IMG/VR virus record: IMGVR_UViG_3300012231_000005
Span: 1 to 44,660 of that record
DNA length: 44,660 bases
Origin: a virus
Lineage: Duplodnaviria > Caudoviricetes
Direction: 5' to 3' (one strand)
The notes under the pieces are model-generated. The model made no database searches. It saw only the letters and a program-made list of their open reading frames with translations, and was not told where the DNA came from. Both the position numbers and the translations under genes were made by a program. Below are positions 19,582 through 27,994 of the stretch, one piece after another. Every line of letters begins with the position of its first letter. Position 1 is the stretch's first letter.

Positions 19582-19977
19582 ATGCGGAAAAAGACGATCG
19601 AGATCAGCTTCGACGGTTTCAACGTCAAAGAGGATTTGTACCCTGCCGGAACGAAAAAGGCGGGCGAAAAGCGCGTCCGCTTGGAATTCAAAGACAGGAG
19701 CATGGATTCGCTTCTGTCCACTTTCAAGGGTTCGAAGGACGGTTTGCTGAAATTCATCGAAGCCAAGTTGGGGCCGGTGTACGTGGCCCAGCAAGCTGAC
19801 CCGGACAAGCTCGTGAAAAAGGCCGCGCGAGATCTCTGCGCAGCTCTGCCGACTTACTTCGCTTCGCGTGGATTCTCGCCAATCGACGGCAAGGATCTCA
19901 CAAAGGCCGAATTGCTGATCGCGGTCAAGCTGCTGAAGGATCCGACCGCGACTCACTCCGAATCCGCCGCGGCGTAA
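19582..19977 (+). CDS. Stand-alone early hypothetical protein
   Basis: GGGAGA RBS, own promoter and terminator, GC-rich codon usage. Confidence 0.75.
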   Translation: MRKKTIEISFDGFNVKEDLYPAGTKKAGEKRVRLEFKDRSMDSLLSTFKGSKDGLLKFIEAKLGPVYVAQQADPDKLVKKAARDLCAALPTYFASRGFSPIDGKDLTKAELLIAVKLLKDPTATHSESAAA

Positions 19978-19998
19978 CTCTCCGCAAAACTCTCGAAA

Positions 19999-20028
19999 GG
20001 CTCGCGGGAAACCGCGAGCCTTTTTTTT
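19999..20028 (+). terminator. Rho-independent terminator
   Basis: GGCTCGCGG-GAAA-CCGCGAGCC then T8. Confidence 0.9.
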
Positions 20029-20039
20029 CCGTATTTCGG

Positions 20040-20266
20040 ATTGTATACAATATACAATATGCAATATATTGTTTCTCTCAGCGCCAGCTAGAGATTGTAT
20101 ACAATATAAAGTATATTGTTCTAACCCCTAGGACGCGTCGGTTTTTTCGACGTATCCTAGCCCGCCGAAATCGCCGGATCGATTCCTAGGGCATTCTGAA
20201 GCGCCACAGAGCAATTGCAGGAAGCACCACGAGCCAGCCGGGAATCGGTTGTATATTGTATACGAT
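20040..20266. repeat. Three copies of an AT-rich ATTGTATACAATATA element (two direct, one inverted)
   Basis: 20040-20057, 20094-20108, and inverted at 20249-20266; core palindrome TTGTATACAA. Confidence 0.8.
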
Positions 20267-20357
20267 ATATTCATTCTTTTCGGTTATTCTTTCCGAGGAA
20301 ACCGTCCGATCCTGGGACGCTACGATTCAACCCACCTAAATTTCCGGGAATCTTTCG

Positions 20358-20395
20358 GGTTCCGTTAGGTTTCCGTTAGGTTTCCGCTCGGTTTC
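20358..20395. repeat. Short tandem repeat, unit about GGTTTCCGTTA
   Basis: About 3.5 imperfect copies. Confidence 0.7.
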
Positions 20396-20608
20396 TTCGC
20401 TAGGTCTATTCCGCTAAATCGCTCTCTATCAGTAGGTTGCGAGCCGTTGCGAGCAGACCTAGAGACTGTCCCCATTGAAAGGCACCCCTGCCGTCCCCCT
20501 TTCTCCCTCCCCCTACCTTTAACTCTTCATCTTAAAAAAAAAAAATAAAAAAAAGAAGAAAGAATAAGAAAAGAGAAAATAGAAATAAATCCGAGATTCG
20601 GACAGGGT

Positions 20609-20653
20609 GTGGTAATCTTACCACTTGACAAGGGGGGCCGCCGGGCCTACCTT
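20609..20653 (+). promoter_or_regulatory. Rightward early promoter with abutting operator palindrome
   Basis: GTGGTAA-TC-TTACCAC (20609-20624) directly before TTGACA-N17-TACCTT. Confidence 0.65.
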
Positions 20654-20976
20654 GTCGGTATGCGTCTCTCCCCTTCGCGCGTCGAATCGCGGGAAGTCCT
20701 TTGTTTACTTGAGGATGCCGGGATAGACCTAGCGCGGAAACAGGCCGGAAACCGGATGGAAACCGCGCAGTATCCTCTCAATATCCGAATGCTTCAGCTA
20801 TCTTTTTTTCTATGGAAATCAGGCTCGCTCCGCTCGCTGCAATGCATATCAGAGAAATCGAATACTACGCTATCCTCGGATGCGTCATTCACGCTACCGA
20901 ATGTTCGCATCATTCGGGAGTCTGGGAAGATGAATGCAGTTTGTGGCACACAATCAAAGAACGGGAGAAAATTCTA

Positions 20977-21477
20977 ATGGAATCCACAGTACCGGGTCTG
21001 GTATTCGGAGGCGAAATGTCCGCCGAGGAATATCGAGCGGTTTTCAACGATAAGACTGATTGGCAGTCTATGACTACCGATCAGAAAATCGAGTATCGCG
21101 CGAAGCTTCGCAAGGTGCAGCTTGCCGGTGCGGTGCGACTCATCAGCATCGATGCCGATATCGAGAATGATCTCAAAGCGGTTTCGAATGAGGAAAAGAA
21201 GCGGCTTCGCGAAAAGGACGCATCTTTCAAGTCTGCGGCGCGCAAGAATCAGACCGAAAAGATTACGGTTTCAGAAGCGGAGCAAACGGCAGCTAGCGCG
21301 CTCGGAATCAGCATCACCGAATTCCGCGAAAAGTACGCTCCGAAAAAGCCCGCGACACTTTGCCCAACCCACAATGTCGAAATGAAGGTTGTAAAAGACG
21401 GTGTCACTTGCGAAGTGTGCGACGCGCTCGAATTGGTAGCTTTGGCGCTTGCGAAATCGGCGGCTTCCGCTAAGTAG
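20977..21477 (+). CDS. Early hypothetical protein with C-terminal Zn finger
   Basis: GGGAGA RBS before ATG 20977; CPTH...CEVC. Confidence 0.7.
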   Translation: MESTVPGLVFGGEMSAEEYRAVFNDKTDWQSMTTDQKIEYRAKLRKVQLAGAVRLISIDADIENDLKAVSNEEKKRLREKDASFKSAARKNQTEKITVSEAEQTAASALGISITEFREKYAPKKPATLCPTHNVEMKVVKDGVTCEVCDALELVALALAKSAASAK

Positions 21478-21503
21478 TCTCGATAAAAAAGGGAGATAGA
21501 GAA

Positions 21504-21701
21504 ATGTCAAACGGTCCTATCCGACGCACACCGCATATGCTTTGTGTATGCGGGCATTCTGAACTAGTACATATCGCAAGCTGTTTCGGAAAGAATTCCG
21601 GTGATCCTTGCGATTGCAAGCTTTGGCGGCCAGTCGAGGCGCGTCGATTAATCGACGAAGCGAAAGCTGGAATCTTCGAAGTAATCGAGGAATCGAAGTA
21701 G
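21504..21701 (+). CDS. Small Zn-binding protein
   Basis: GGGAGA RBS; CVCGH....H..C...CDC. Confidence 0.7.
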   Translation: MSNGPIRRTPHMLCVCGHSELVHIASCFGKNSGDPCDCKLWRPVEARRLIDEAKAGIFEVIEESK

Positions 21702-21712
21702 AATCGAAGGTT

Positions 21713-21743
21713 TCGCTACGCTCCGGCGCAGCGATTCCTTTTA
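21713..21743 (+). terminator. Possible intrinsic terminator
   Basis: TCGCT-A-CGC-TCCG-GCG-C-AGCGA then TTCCTTTTAT. Confidence 0.45.
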
Positions 21744-21946
21744 TGCTACTTCAGCATAAAAAACGGGAGATCAGACAATGTTAGAGTTTTTCGAGCTTGA
21801 CAATCTGTACCTTCTGTATGGTGCAGACGAGGCGATTCTTTTCTATTACGACGGCGTTGCCGGTTGGGTGCTTGCGAGGTATGAGTTTGTCTCTTTCGGC
21901 AAGCTGAACGAAATCGCGAAGCTCCGCGCGGTCTACAAGTAAGACA

Positions 21947-23581
21947 ATGTCCGCCACAATCCAGATGCCCAACGTTAAGGGCACAAAAGTCTCAAAGATT
22001 TGCCGCTACTGCGGCAAGCCTGCCGTGGAGAAATCCTCATACCTTTTCGACACTGAGAAGGTAATCGAGTTGGAATGCGGTCATTCCTACTCCGAGAAAA
22101 CTCATTTCCTCTCAGCGGGAGATTACGAGAAAATCGAGTCTCTCAATCAGCATCACAAACCCTACGGCTATCAGCTTGATGGTTTGAAGTTTCAGGAAAT
22201 GAGTAATTTCCGGTGCCTAATCGCAGATGAAATGGGCCTCGGAAAGACGATTCAAGCCTTGCTCGCAATCCTGAAGCATTCGGGTTTGCTCCTACCGTGT
22301 CTGATCGTAGTTCGTTCACAGTTGAAGACACAGTGGCTCCATGAGCTAATCGAATGGACAGGATACGCCGCGCAGATTATCGGCTCTTCGAAGGAAATGC
22401 CGCTTTGGGACATTTTCAAAGTGGTAATCGTTTCGATGGATACGCTCCGCGAAGCGAAGTGGATGGACACTCCGGAAAAGATCGATGCGCTTCCTTTTCA
22501 GTGTCTAATCATCGATGAGTGCCAACATCTGAAAAACCCCGAGGCCAAGCGGACTCACGCTGTGAGAAAGCTTGCGAGCAAAGCAAAGCACATTATCGCT
22601 TTGTCCGGTACGCCGATCAAGAATCATGCTGGGGAATACTTCACAATCCTCAACATGATTCAGCCCGGTAAGTTTCCTTCACTCGTCAGCTTCTACCGAA
22701 ATTGGGTGGACGTTTACAATGACGGTTACAAGACCCGAGTCGGTGGAATCAAGTCTTATCGCGTGAAGGATTTCGAAAACTACACTGCGGATTTCATCAT
22801 CCGTAGGACGCGGGAAAAGGTTCTTCCTGATTTGCCGAAAATCCGCCGGACCTACAAGACAACCAATTTCGAAGCGGGCGAGGCGCAGACAAAGTATCGT
22901 GTCGTAATGAAGCAATTTGTCGAGGAATTCGATGAGGACGGCGGCGTAACCGACAAAAATATGATGAACATGCTGGCATACATTGCCAAGCTTCGTCATA
23001 TCGCCGGGGCCGCGAAAACCGGCGACGCTGTAGACCACGTTATGACTTTCCTCGAATCTACGCCTCGCAAAATCGTTGTCTTTCACCACCACAAAGATGT
23101 CGGCGCAATGATCGAGGATCTAATCAACTTCGAGATCAAGCAATCCGACAGTGACGAGATCAAAAAGGTGAAAGTCGTTCGACTTCAGAGCGGCGATCAG
23201 GCGAATTGGAACAAGGAACAGACCTTCAAAAATGACCCTGACTGCCGAGTCTTAATCGCTTCCACGTTGGCAAGCGGTGAAGGCAAGAACTGGCAGTTTT
23301 GCAGTGACTGTCTGATTGTCGAAAGACAGTGGAATTCAGTCAATGAGGAACAGTCTGAAGGTCGCTTTACGCGTCCGGGATCCGTTGCAGAGTATGTAGA
23401 CGTTGCGTATCTCAGCATTCTCGAAAGTGTCGATGATTACTTCAATGAAATCGTCGGCAGAAAGCGTGAGATGTTCACGCGCACGATGGATCATCGTCAA
23501 TTGAATTTCGACGAGCAATCTCTCGTGCGGGAAATGGCTGAATTGCTCGCATCGCGTGGCCGAAAGGCTTGGCGCGTGTGA
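21947..23581 (+). CDS. SNF2-family (SF2) helicase/translocase with N-terminal Zn finger
   Basis: DEMGLGKT, DECQ, LSGTPIKN, QSEGRFTRPGS. Confidence 0.92.
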   Translation: MSATIQMPNVKGTKVSKICRYCGKPAVEKSSYLFDTEKVIELECGHSYSEKTHFLSAGDYEKIESLNQHHKPYGYQLDGLKFQEMSNFRCLIADEMGLGKTIQALLAILKHSGLLLPCLIVVRSQLKTQWLHELIEWTGYAAQIIGSSKEMPLWDIFKVVIVSMDTLREAKWMDTPEKIDALPFQCLIIDECQHLKNPEAKRTHAVRKLASKAKHIIALSGTPIKNHAGEYFTILNMIQPGKFPSLVSFYRNWVDVYNDGYKTRVGGIKSYRVKDFENYTADFIIRRTREKVLPDLPKIRRTYKTTNFEAGEAQTKYRVVMKQFVEEFDEDGGVTDKNMMNMLAYIAKLRHIAGAAKTGDAVDHVMTFLESTPRKIVVFHHHKDVGAMIEDLINFEIKQSDSDEIKKVKVVRLQSGDQANWNKEQTFKNDPDCRVLIASTLASGEGKNWQFCSDCLIVERQWNSVNEEQSEGRFTRPGSVAEYVDVAYLSILESVDDYFNEIVGRKREMFTRTMDHRQLNFDEQSLVREMAELLASRGRKAWRV

Positions 23582-23635
23582 TTGAAGTCAACGTAAAAGA
23601 CTCGGCGGCTGAAAGTGAGTGGATGCCCGAGATTG

Positions 23636-23668
23636 TCTACAGCGTGGATGGGGCTGTAGATCTTTTTT
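23636..23668 (+). terminator. Rho-independent terminator
   Basis: TCTACAGC/GCTGTAGA stem then TCTTTTTT. Confidence 0.7.
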
Positions 23669-23686
23669 GAAAGACAGGAGATTGAA

Positions 23687-23884
23687 ATGTACGACGATGA
23701 TGAGGATCGTAGCGATTTCGCTGATCCTGGCGGACGTTCCGCCTTGAGAGCAGCAACGAAAGACAATCCGAGAAATCTACCGTGTCCTACTTGTAAGCGA
23801 GAGAATCGATTGACTCCGAAAGATGTCTCGCTTGGATATCAGTGCGATTTTTGCGCCGATCAAGCAGAAAAAGGCGGATACTGA
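23687..23884 (+). CDS. Small Zn-finger protein
   Basis: ACAGGAGA RBS; CPTC...CDFC. Confidence 0.75.
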   Translation: MYDDDEDRSDFADPGGRSALRAATKDNPRNLPCPTCKRENRLTPKDVSLGYQCDFCADQAEKGGY

Positions 23885-24021
23885 TGAAAAAGATCGCGTG
23901 TTTCAAGTGTCGCCGCGTGCGTTGGGCGCAGATTCTCCGGGGCGCTTTGAAAGGAAGCGACTGTCGGACACCGAAAAGTTCGTTCTGTTTGCCGTGTCAA
24001 AGGGAGAAAGGAATAAGATAA
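23884..24021 (+). CDS. Small Zn-finger protein (45 aa), not in ORF track
   Basis: TGATG overlap; MKKIACFKC...FCLPC. Confidence 0.55.
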   Translation: MKKIACFKCRRVRWAQILRGALKGSDCRTPKSSFCLPCQREKGIR

Positions 24022-24050
24022 TGACTTATCGCGGGTAGATACAAAGCAAC

Positions 24051-24158
24051 GGAGGTTTCGACGCCTCCGTGAAGGGTTCCGGTGCGTCCCTTTCCGTGGT
24101 TTTTACATCTCCTGTTTTTTCCGCGGAGAGCGCAAGAATCCGGAACCCTTCACAGAGG
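24051..24158 (+). ncRNA. Putative structured RNA with anti-Shine-Dalgarno loop
   Basis: 14-bp perfect outer stem (24069-24082/24140-24153), 9-bp inner stem, loop TTTTTACATCTCCTGTTTTTT. Confidence 0.55.
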
Positions 24159-24163
24159 TTTCG

Positions 24164-24361
24164 ATGAAGGATACTTACATTCGTCATAGTCCGAATTGCA
24201 TTGTCGAGCAGGCTTGGGATATTCCTGAAGCCTTAGATCATTGTACTTGTACGTTTCCCTATCTTCCTCATAGAGTTTGTTCTGAATGTCACAATCAACC
24301 GCATCAACACAAGAAAACTTGTTCGAAAAGACAGGAGATTCGAAATGTTCGAGCCAAATGA
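24164..24361 (+). CDS. Small Cys/His-rich protein
   Basis: GAGG RBS; HSPNC, CTC, CSEC, HKKTC. Confidence 0.55.
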   Translation: MKDTYIRHSPNCIVEQAWDIPEALDHCTCTFPYLPHRVCSECHNQPHQHKKTCSKRQEIRNVRAK

Positions 24362-24491
24362 ACGTGAGCCGAGAGATGAATGTGCGCGGTGTCATTTCGA
24401 TATCGGTTTCATGACTACCGTGATGTTTGAAGGCAAGAGGATTTGTTTGGGCTGTTTCATCGTGCTAACAAAAAAGAAGGAGACGAAGTGA
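24345..24491 (+). CDS. Small Zn-finger protein (48 aa), not in ORF track
   Basis: ACAGGAGA RBS; CARC...CLGC. Confidence 0.6.
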   Translation: MFEPNEREPRDECARCHFDIGFMTTVMFEGKRICLGCFIVLTKKKETK

Positions 24492-24742
24492 CCGAGAGAA
24501 TCACAGTCGAACTGACATTCAACGGTGATGGATGGAAGCGAAAGCTTGTCTTTGCCGAGGAGAATCCTGATATGACTCCCGAGCAATTTCAGGAAGCGTA
24601 TAAGAAAGAAGTCGAGGAAGGTCGAATCGATCTCGCAGAGGAAGCAATGTACTGTGATTCCTTCAAGGTTCTTTCGGTGGAAGTGGATTACACTGAGTCT
24701 CCCGATCATCCCCTACCCGTAACTGAGAGTGAGACAAAGTGA
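24488..24742 (+). CDS. Acidic hypothetical protein
   Basis: AAGGAG RBS before GTG 24488. Confidence 0.6.
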   Translation: MTERITVELTFNGDGWKRKLVFAEENPDMTPEQFQEAYKKEVEEGRIDLAEEAMYCDSFKVLSVEVDYTESPDHPLPVTESETK

Positions 24743-24881
24743 AAGAGATGCTCATCTTTCTAGCTTTCTGCTTTACATCAACTCTTTCATGGGGACTTGC
24801 GCAATATCTCTTTCATGAAGAGCTAGCTAGAGTAGCATTCGCAGCAGCTTTGCTATATCTAATAGCCTATTATCTTCAAGA

Positions 24882-25073
24882 GTGGGAGACAAAGTGATGG
24901 CTGTTCCATACTGTCTTTGCGAAGATCCCGACAATGCATTCGTGGAATCTCCAATGACCTGTTCATTGACAGGTGCGAGTCGAGTAGATGAATTTGGTAG
25001 GAGAGTTTATCCCAACGTGGATATCTACACCTGCAACAAGTGCGGATCAAAGATCGCTTTGGAGGTTAAGTAA
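24882..25073 (+). CDS. Small Zn-ribbon protein
   Basis: CLC...CNKC; true start probably 24895/24898 after GGGAGA. Confidence 0.55.
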   Translation: MGDKVMAVPYCLCEDPDNAFVESPMTCSLTGASRVDEFGRRVYPNVDIYTCNKCGSKIALEVK

Positions 25074-25074
25074 C

Positions 25075-25299
25075 GTGTCGAAAAAAACCAGGGGAGTCTG
25101 CTCGACTGACAACTGTGGAATGACTGAAAAGTGCCGCGGTCTTTGTGGCGCTTGCTATCAATGGTGTCGAAAGTTTGAGATGCGATCTTCCTACGATAGG
25201 AAACAGTATCTCCATCGTTTCGAGTACCGAATGAACCGAATGATCTCTAGACTTGGAATGAGATCAGGAAAGGTTCTCTCTTTTCGGAGAACCGCATGA
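25075..25299 (+). CDS. Small basic Zn-finger protein
   Basis: CSTDNC....RGLCGACY motif; GGAGG RBS before GTG 25075. Confidence 0.6.
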   Translation: MSKKTRGVCSTDNCGMTEKCRGLCGACYQWCRKFEMRSSYDRKQYLHRFEYRMNRMISRLGMRSGKVLSFRRTA

Positions 25300-25471
25300 T
25301 AATGACTGTCAGTCCTAATTGGCCGCTCGTTCGTTCGCTTGCATCTTTCGAGGCGCAATCCCGTCTGACAGAAATCGAAAGAGAGAAAGCCGCGAGATGG
25401 GCCGAGCGAGAGCGTAAATGGGAATCTCAGTTTAAGACAGAGAGAATGATGAATCAGATTAGGAGGGTGAA

Positions 25472-26107
25472 GTGAGAAAGTGTACAAACTGTCTGCATCC
25501 CGAAGATCATCATGTGAATCGCAAGAGCAAGAGAGATACTTCATGTACAGTTCATGGTTGCTTCTGCAAGATCTTTGATCCGATGATCGTGGCGCCTCGC
25601 GAAGAAACTGTGGCCCATCTCGTAACGAATCGCCACGGTAAGACACTTTGTGGTGTCAAGAATCAATTCGACAAAATCACTACAAATCCCGTACTCGTAA
25701 CCTGCAAGGATTGTATCGCCGAGCAAAATCGTATCGTCGATACTGCTTTCCCTTCAGAAGATCCCGACGCGCGTAGAGATTCTGAAAGTCGCCGTGGAGA
25801 AATCGTAAAGGATCGTAGCGATTTTTACGGTGATGTCCGATTGTCGCATCAGTCAATTGGTTTAGCCTTTGAAGCTGTCCTTTCCAATCGTTACCATTGG
25901 CTTGCCGAAGCGCTGAGAGACAAATCGCTTGTCGGTCAATTCGTTCCCGACGAACTCGCTGCGCTCCTTCTTGCTGCTTTCAAAGTAGTGAGAGCTTCCC
26001 GTCCCGAATATCGACAGGATTCGTATGACGACGGTATCAACTTCCTCAAATTCAGTCAGGATATGCGCGAGCAAGATGAGGAAGACAAACTTGGCACAAT
26101 CAAATGA
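25472..26107 (+). CDS. Zn-finger fused to DUF6378-like (all-alpha, MazG-related) domain
   Basis: N-terminal Cys/His modules; C-terminal R...YG....H..I...F......K..R......DS..D...F pattern. Confidence 0.6.
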   Translation: MRKCTNCLHPEDHHVNRKSKRDTSCTVHGCFCKIFDPMIVAPREETVAHLVTNRHGKTLCGVKNQFDKITTNPVLVTCKDCIAEQNRIVDTAFPSEDPDARRDSESRRGEIVKDRSDFYGDVRLSHQSIGLAFEAVLSNRYHWLAEALRDKSLVGQFVPDELAALLLAAFKVVRASRPEYRQDSYDDGINFLKFSQDMREQDEEDKLGTIK

Positions 26108-26325
26108 CTCTAGACGATATCAAAGATGAATCGTGGGTCCAACTTCTCCTATATCCCGTGCCAACTGGGGCGCATCCGGTGGAGAAAGCGTGGAGAGAAC
26201 GTTGCAAGATTCTTTTGGATATCGCGCTAGAACAGCAAAGTACAATCAAGCATCAGGAAGCGACGATATCCGAAGTGAAAGATACAATCAGATCGGTGAT
26301 AAGGGACATAGAAAATTCAAGATGA
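26104..26325 (+). CDS. Hypothetical coiled-coil protein
   Basis: ATGA overlap with upstream gene. Confidence 0.55.
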   Translation: MTLDDIKDESWVQLLLYPVPTGAHPVEKAWRERCKILLDIALEQQSTIKHQEATISEVKDTIRSVIRDIENSR

Positions 26326-26495
26326 TTGTGATCTGCAAGTTCTGTCACAGAGATCAAGATCCAATGACTAAGATATCCCACAAGATCGAATCGTGGTATG
26401 TCTGCGGTAAAGACGCTTGTCACGAGAGATCCGACGCGCATCTCGAATCTCTTTTAGAAGCTTATAAGGAAGAGGAGAAAAATGAGACCCACTAG
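26322..26495 (+). CDS. Small Zn-finger protein
   Basis: ATGA overlap; CKFC...CGKDAC. Confidence 0.55.
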   Translation: MIVICKFCHRDQDPMTKISHKIESWYVCGKDACHERSDAHLESLLEAYKEEEKNETH

Positions 26496-26700
26496 GCCAC
26501 GATCAAAGACGCAAATCGCTTTCCAACAGTTGTCTAACTATTCATCTGGACGCGCATCTTTAGTAGAGGCTGCCCGGCGTCGTAGGGTAGAGGGTACGTC
26601 TCAACCTTTAAAGGCTGACGAAGAAATCGAGATCGTTGTCGTCCCGTCCGAGGCGGAAATCGAATTCAAGGAAAAGGTTCTTGGAGATCTCGGGAAGTAA
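26482..26700 (+). CDS. Hypothetical protein
   Basis: GAGGAG RBS. Confidence 0.55.
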   Translation: MRPTRPRSKTQIAFQQLSNYSSGRASLVEAARRRRVEGTSQPLKADEEIEIVVVPSEAEIEFKEKVLGDLGK

Positions 26701-26865
26701 AATGATAAAGTTGTGGGGGAATCGATATCATGATTACGGTCTTTATACCGATACCGATTCCCTTCTGTATGATCGCTCTTATAACTTTCTCCGTCTCGCT
26801 ATTAAAGTTTTCAAATTAGTCTTACTAATGACGCTGCCAGTAGCAGCGGCAAGGTATATCGTCCT

Positions 26866-27132
26866 ATGAGCAAGCCAAAGTCGATGTCTTTCTCTGATCA
26901 GTATCTTCCAAAGAAATACGATCGAGCAATCTCAGTCAAGCCGATGGCTATCTTTCATAATTCGTATGTCATACATATTCGAGTTCGAAATCGTATCTTG
27001 TCCACTCTGATTTTAGCACCAGACAAAGAGCATTTGGATGCAGTTGCCGAGGCGATGTTGAATGCAGGAGACTATCAATCAGAAGATGTCAGTTACGCAT
27101 GCGCCTCGCCTTATCGTCTCTCTCACAACTGA
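26866..27132 (+). CDS. Hypothetical protein
   Basis: ATGA overlap, operon context. Confidence 0.5.
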   Translation: MSKPKSMSFSDQYLPKKYDRAISVKPMAIFHNSYVIHIRVRNRILSTLILAPDKEHLDAVAEAMLNAGDYQSEDVSYACASPYRLSHN

Positions 27133-27142
27133 AAGGATTACC

Positions 27143-27994
27143 GTGATACTTACAACTTCCGCTAGCTCACTGACACGATTCCAAAGTTGCGAACTATCCC
27201 ACTACTATGCAAAGGTAGAAGGGTTGGGACTTGTCGAAAGACCAGTCTATCTCGACCGTGGCACTTTGATTCATTTACTTCTCGAAGCACATTACAACTA
27301 CATCAAGAACAATCAAGAGAATCATGCAGGCGCTATCCCATATCTCGAACTCGTAGAGAATGTCTGCGCGCAAGCTGGACTCATGGCAGTAAATAAGACA
27401 CAACTTGCAATCAACAATACCGATCTCATTCGAGAGACAGTCGAAGTTTACAGGAAGTATGCGATGTTCTATGCAGGAGAATCCTACAAGACAATCGCAG
27501 TAGAGCAGCCTTTCTCATTCGTGGCGTATGAAGACGATGAGGATAAGGTACTCGTAGAGGGAAGAATCGATTGGGTTCCCGAAACGATTTCCGGCGAGAT
27601 CCTTATCGTGGATCATAAGAGTGTGACAAAGAAGGGATACTACACTTCACTCTCGAATCAACTTCGAATCTATGCGATGGTGACTGGATGTACCACCGTC
27701 ACAATCAACGAGATTGGATTCCAGAAGTCTCCAGAGTTCCGTAGGATTAGCGTATCGTATATGCCAGGACAGATCGAGGAGTTTCGCGACAATATCCTTC
27801 GAAAGTGGGCCATCAAACTTCTAGCCAAGGCGAAGAAGGATCAAGTCGAAAAGAATTTCATCCCGAATCCTTCCTCGTGTAAGTTTTGTGATTACCGTCC
27901 AATCTGCGAATCAAGTGAATCAGCACGAGCTTGGAAGAAATCTCAATTGTATATCGCGGCTCCGACGAATTTCGATGTCTTTGGTGATGAATGA
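27143..27994 (+). CDS. Cas4/RecB-like PD-(D/E)XK exonuclease
   Basis: GTLIH, GRID, IVDHK, QLRIY motifs; one N-terminal plus three C-terminal Cys (CKFCDYRPIC) consistent with Fe-S cluster. Confidence 0.85.
   Translation: MILTTSASSLTRFQSCELSHYYAKVEGLGLVERPVYLDRGTLIHLLLEAHYNYIKNNQENHAGAIPYLELVENVCAQAGLMAVNKTQLAINNTDLIRETVEVYRKYAMFYAGESYKTIAVEQPFSFVAYEDDEDKVLVEGRIDWVPETISGEILIVDHKSVTKKGYYTSLSNQLRIYAMVTGCTTVTINEIGFQKSPEFRRISVSYMPGQIEEFRDNILRKWAIKLLAKAKKDQVEKNFIPNPSSCKFCDYRPICESSESARAWKKSQLYIAAPTNFDVFGDE

Noticed and set aside
19276-20064. Alternative ORFs 19276..19524, 19329..19799 and 19531..20064
   Set aside because: They overlap promoter/repeat DNA or the better-supported 19582..19977 gene and lack an RBS.
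20040-20125. Mini-CRISPR array
   Set aside because: Only two short direct copies with divergent ends and no regular repeat-spacer pattern; the Cas4-like gene sits in a typical recombination module.
21797-21822. TTGACA promoter upstream of the helicase
   Set aside because: The spacer to the best -10 candidate is only 14 nt.
27143-27994. CRISPR-associated cas4
   Set aside because: No cas1/cas2 or array; stand-alone Cas4-like nucleases are common in phages.
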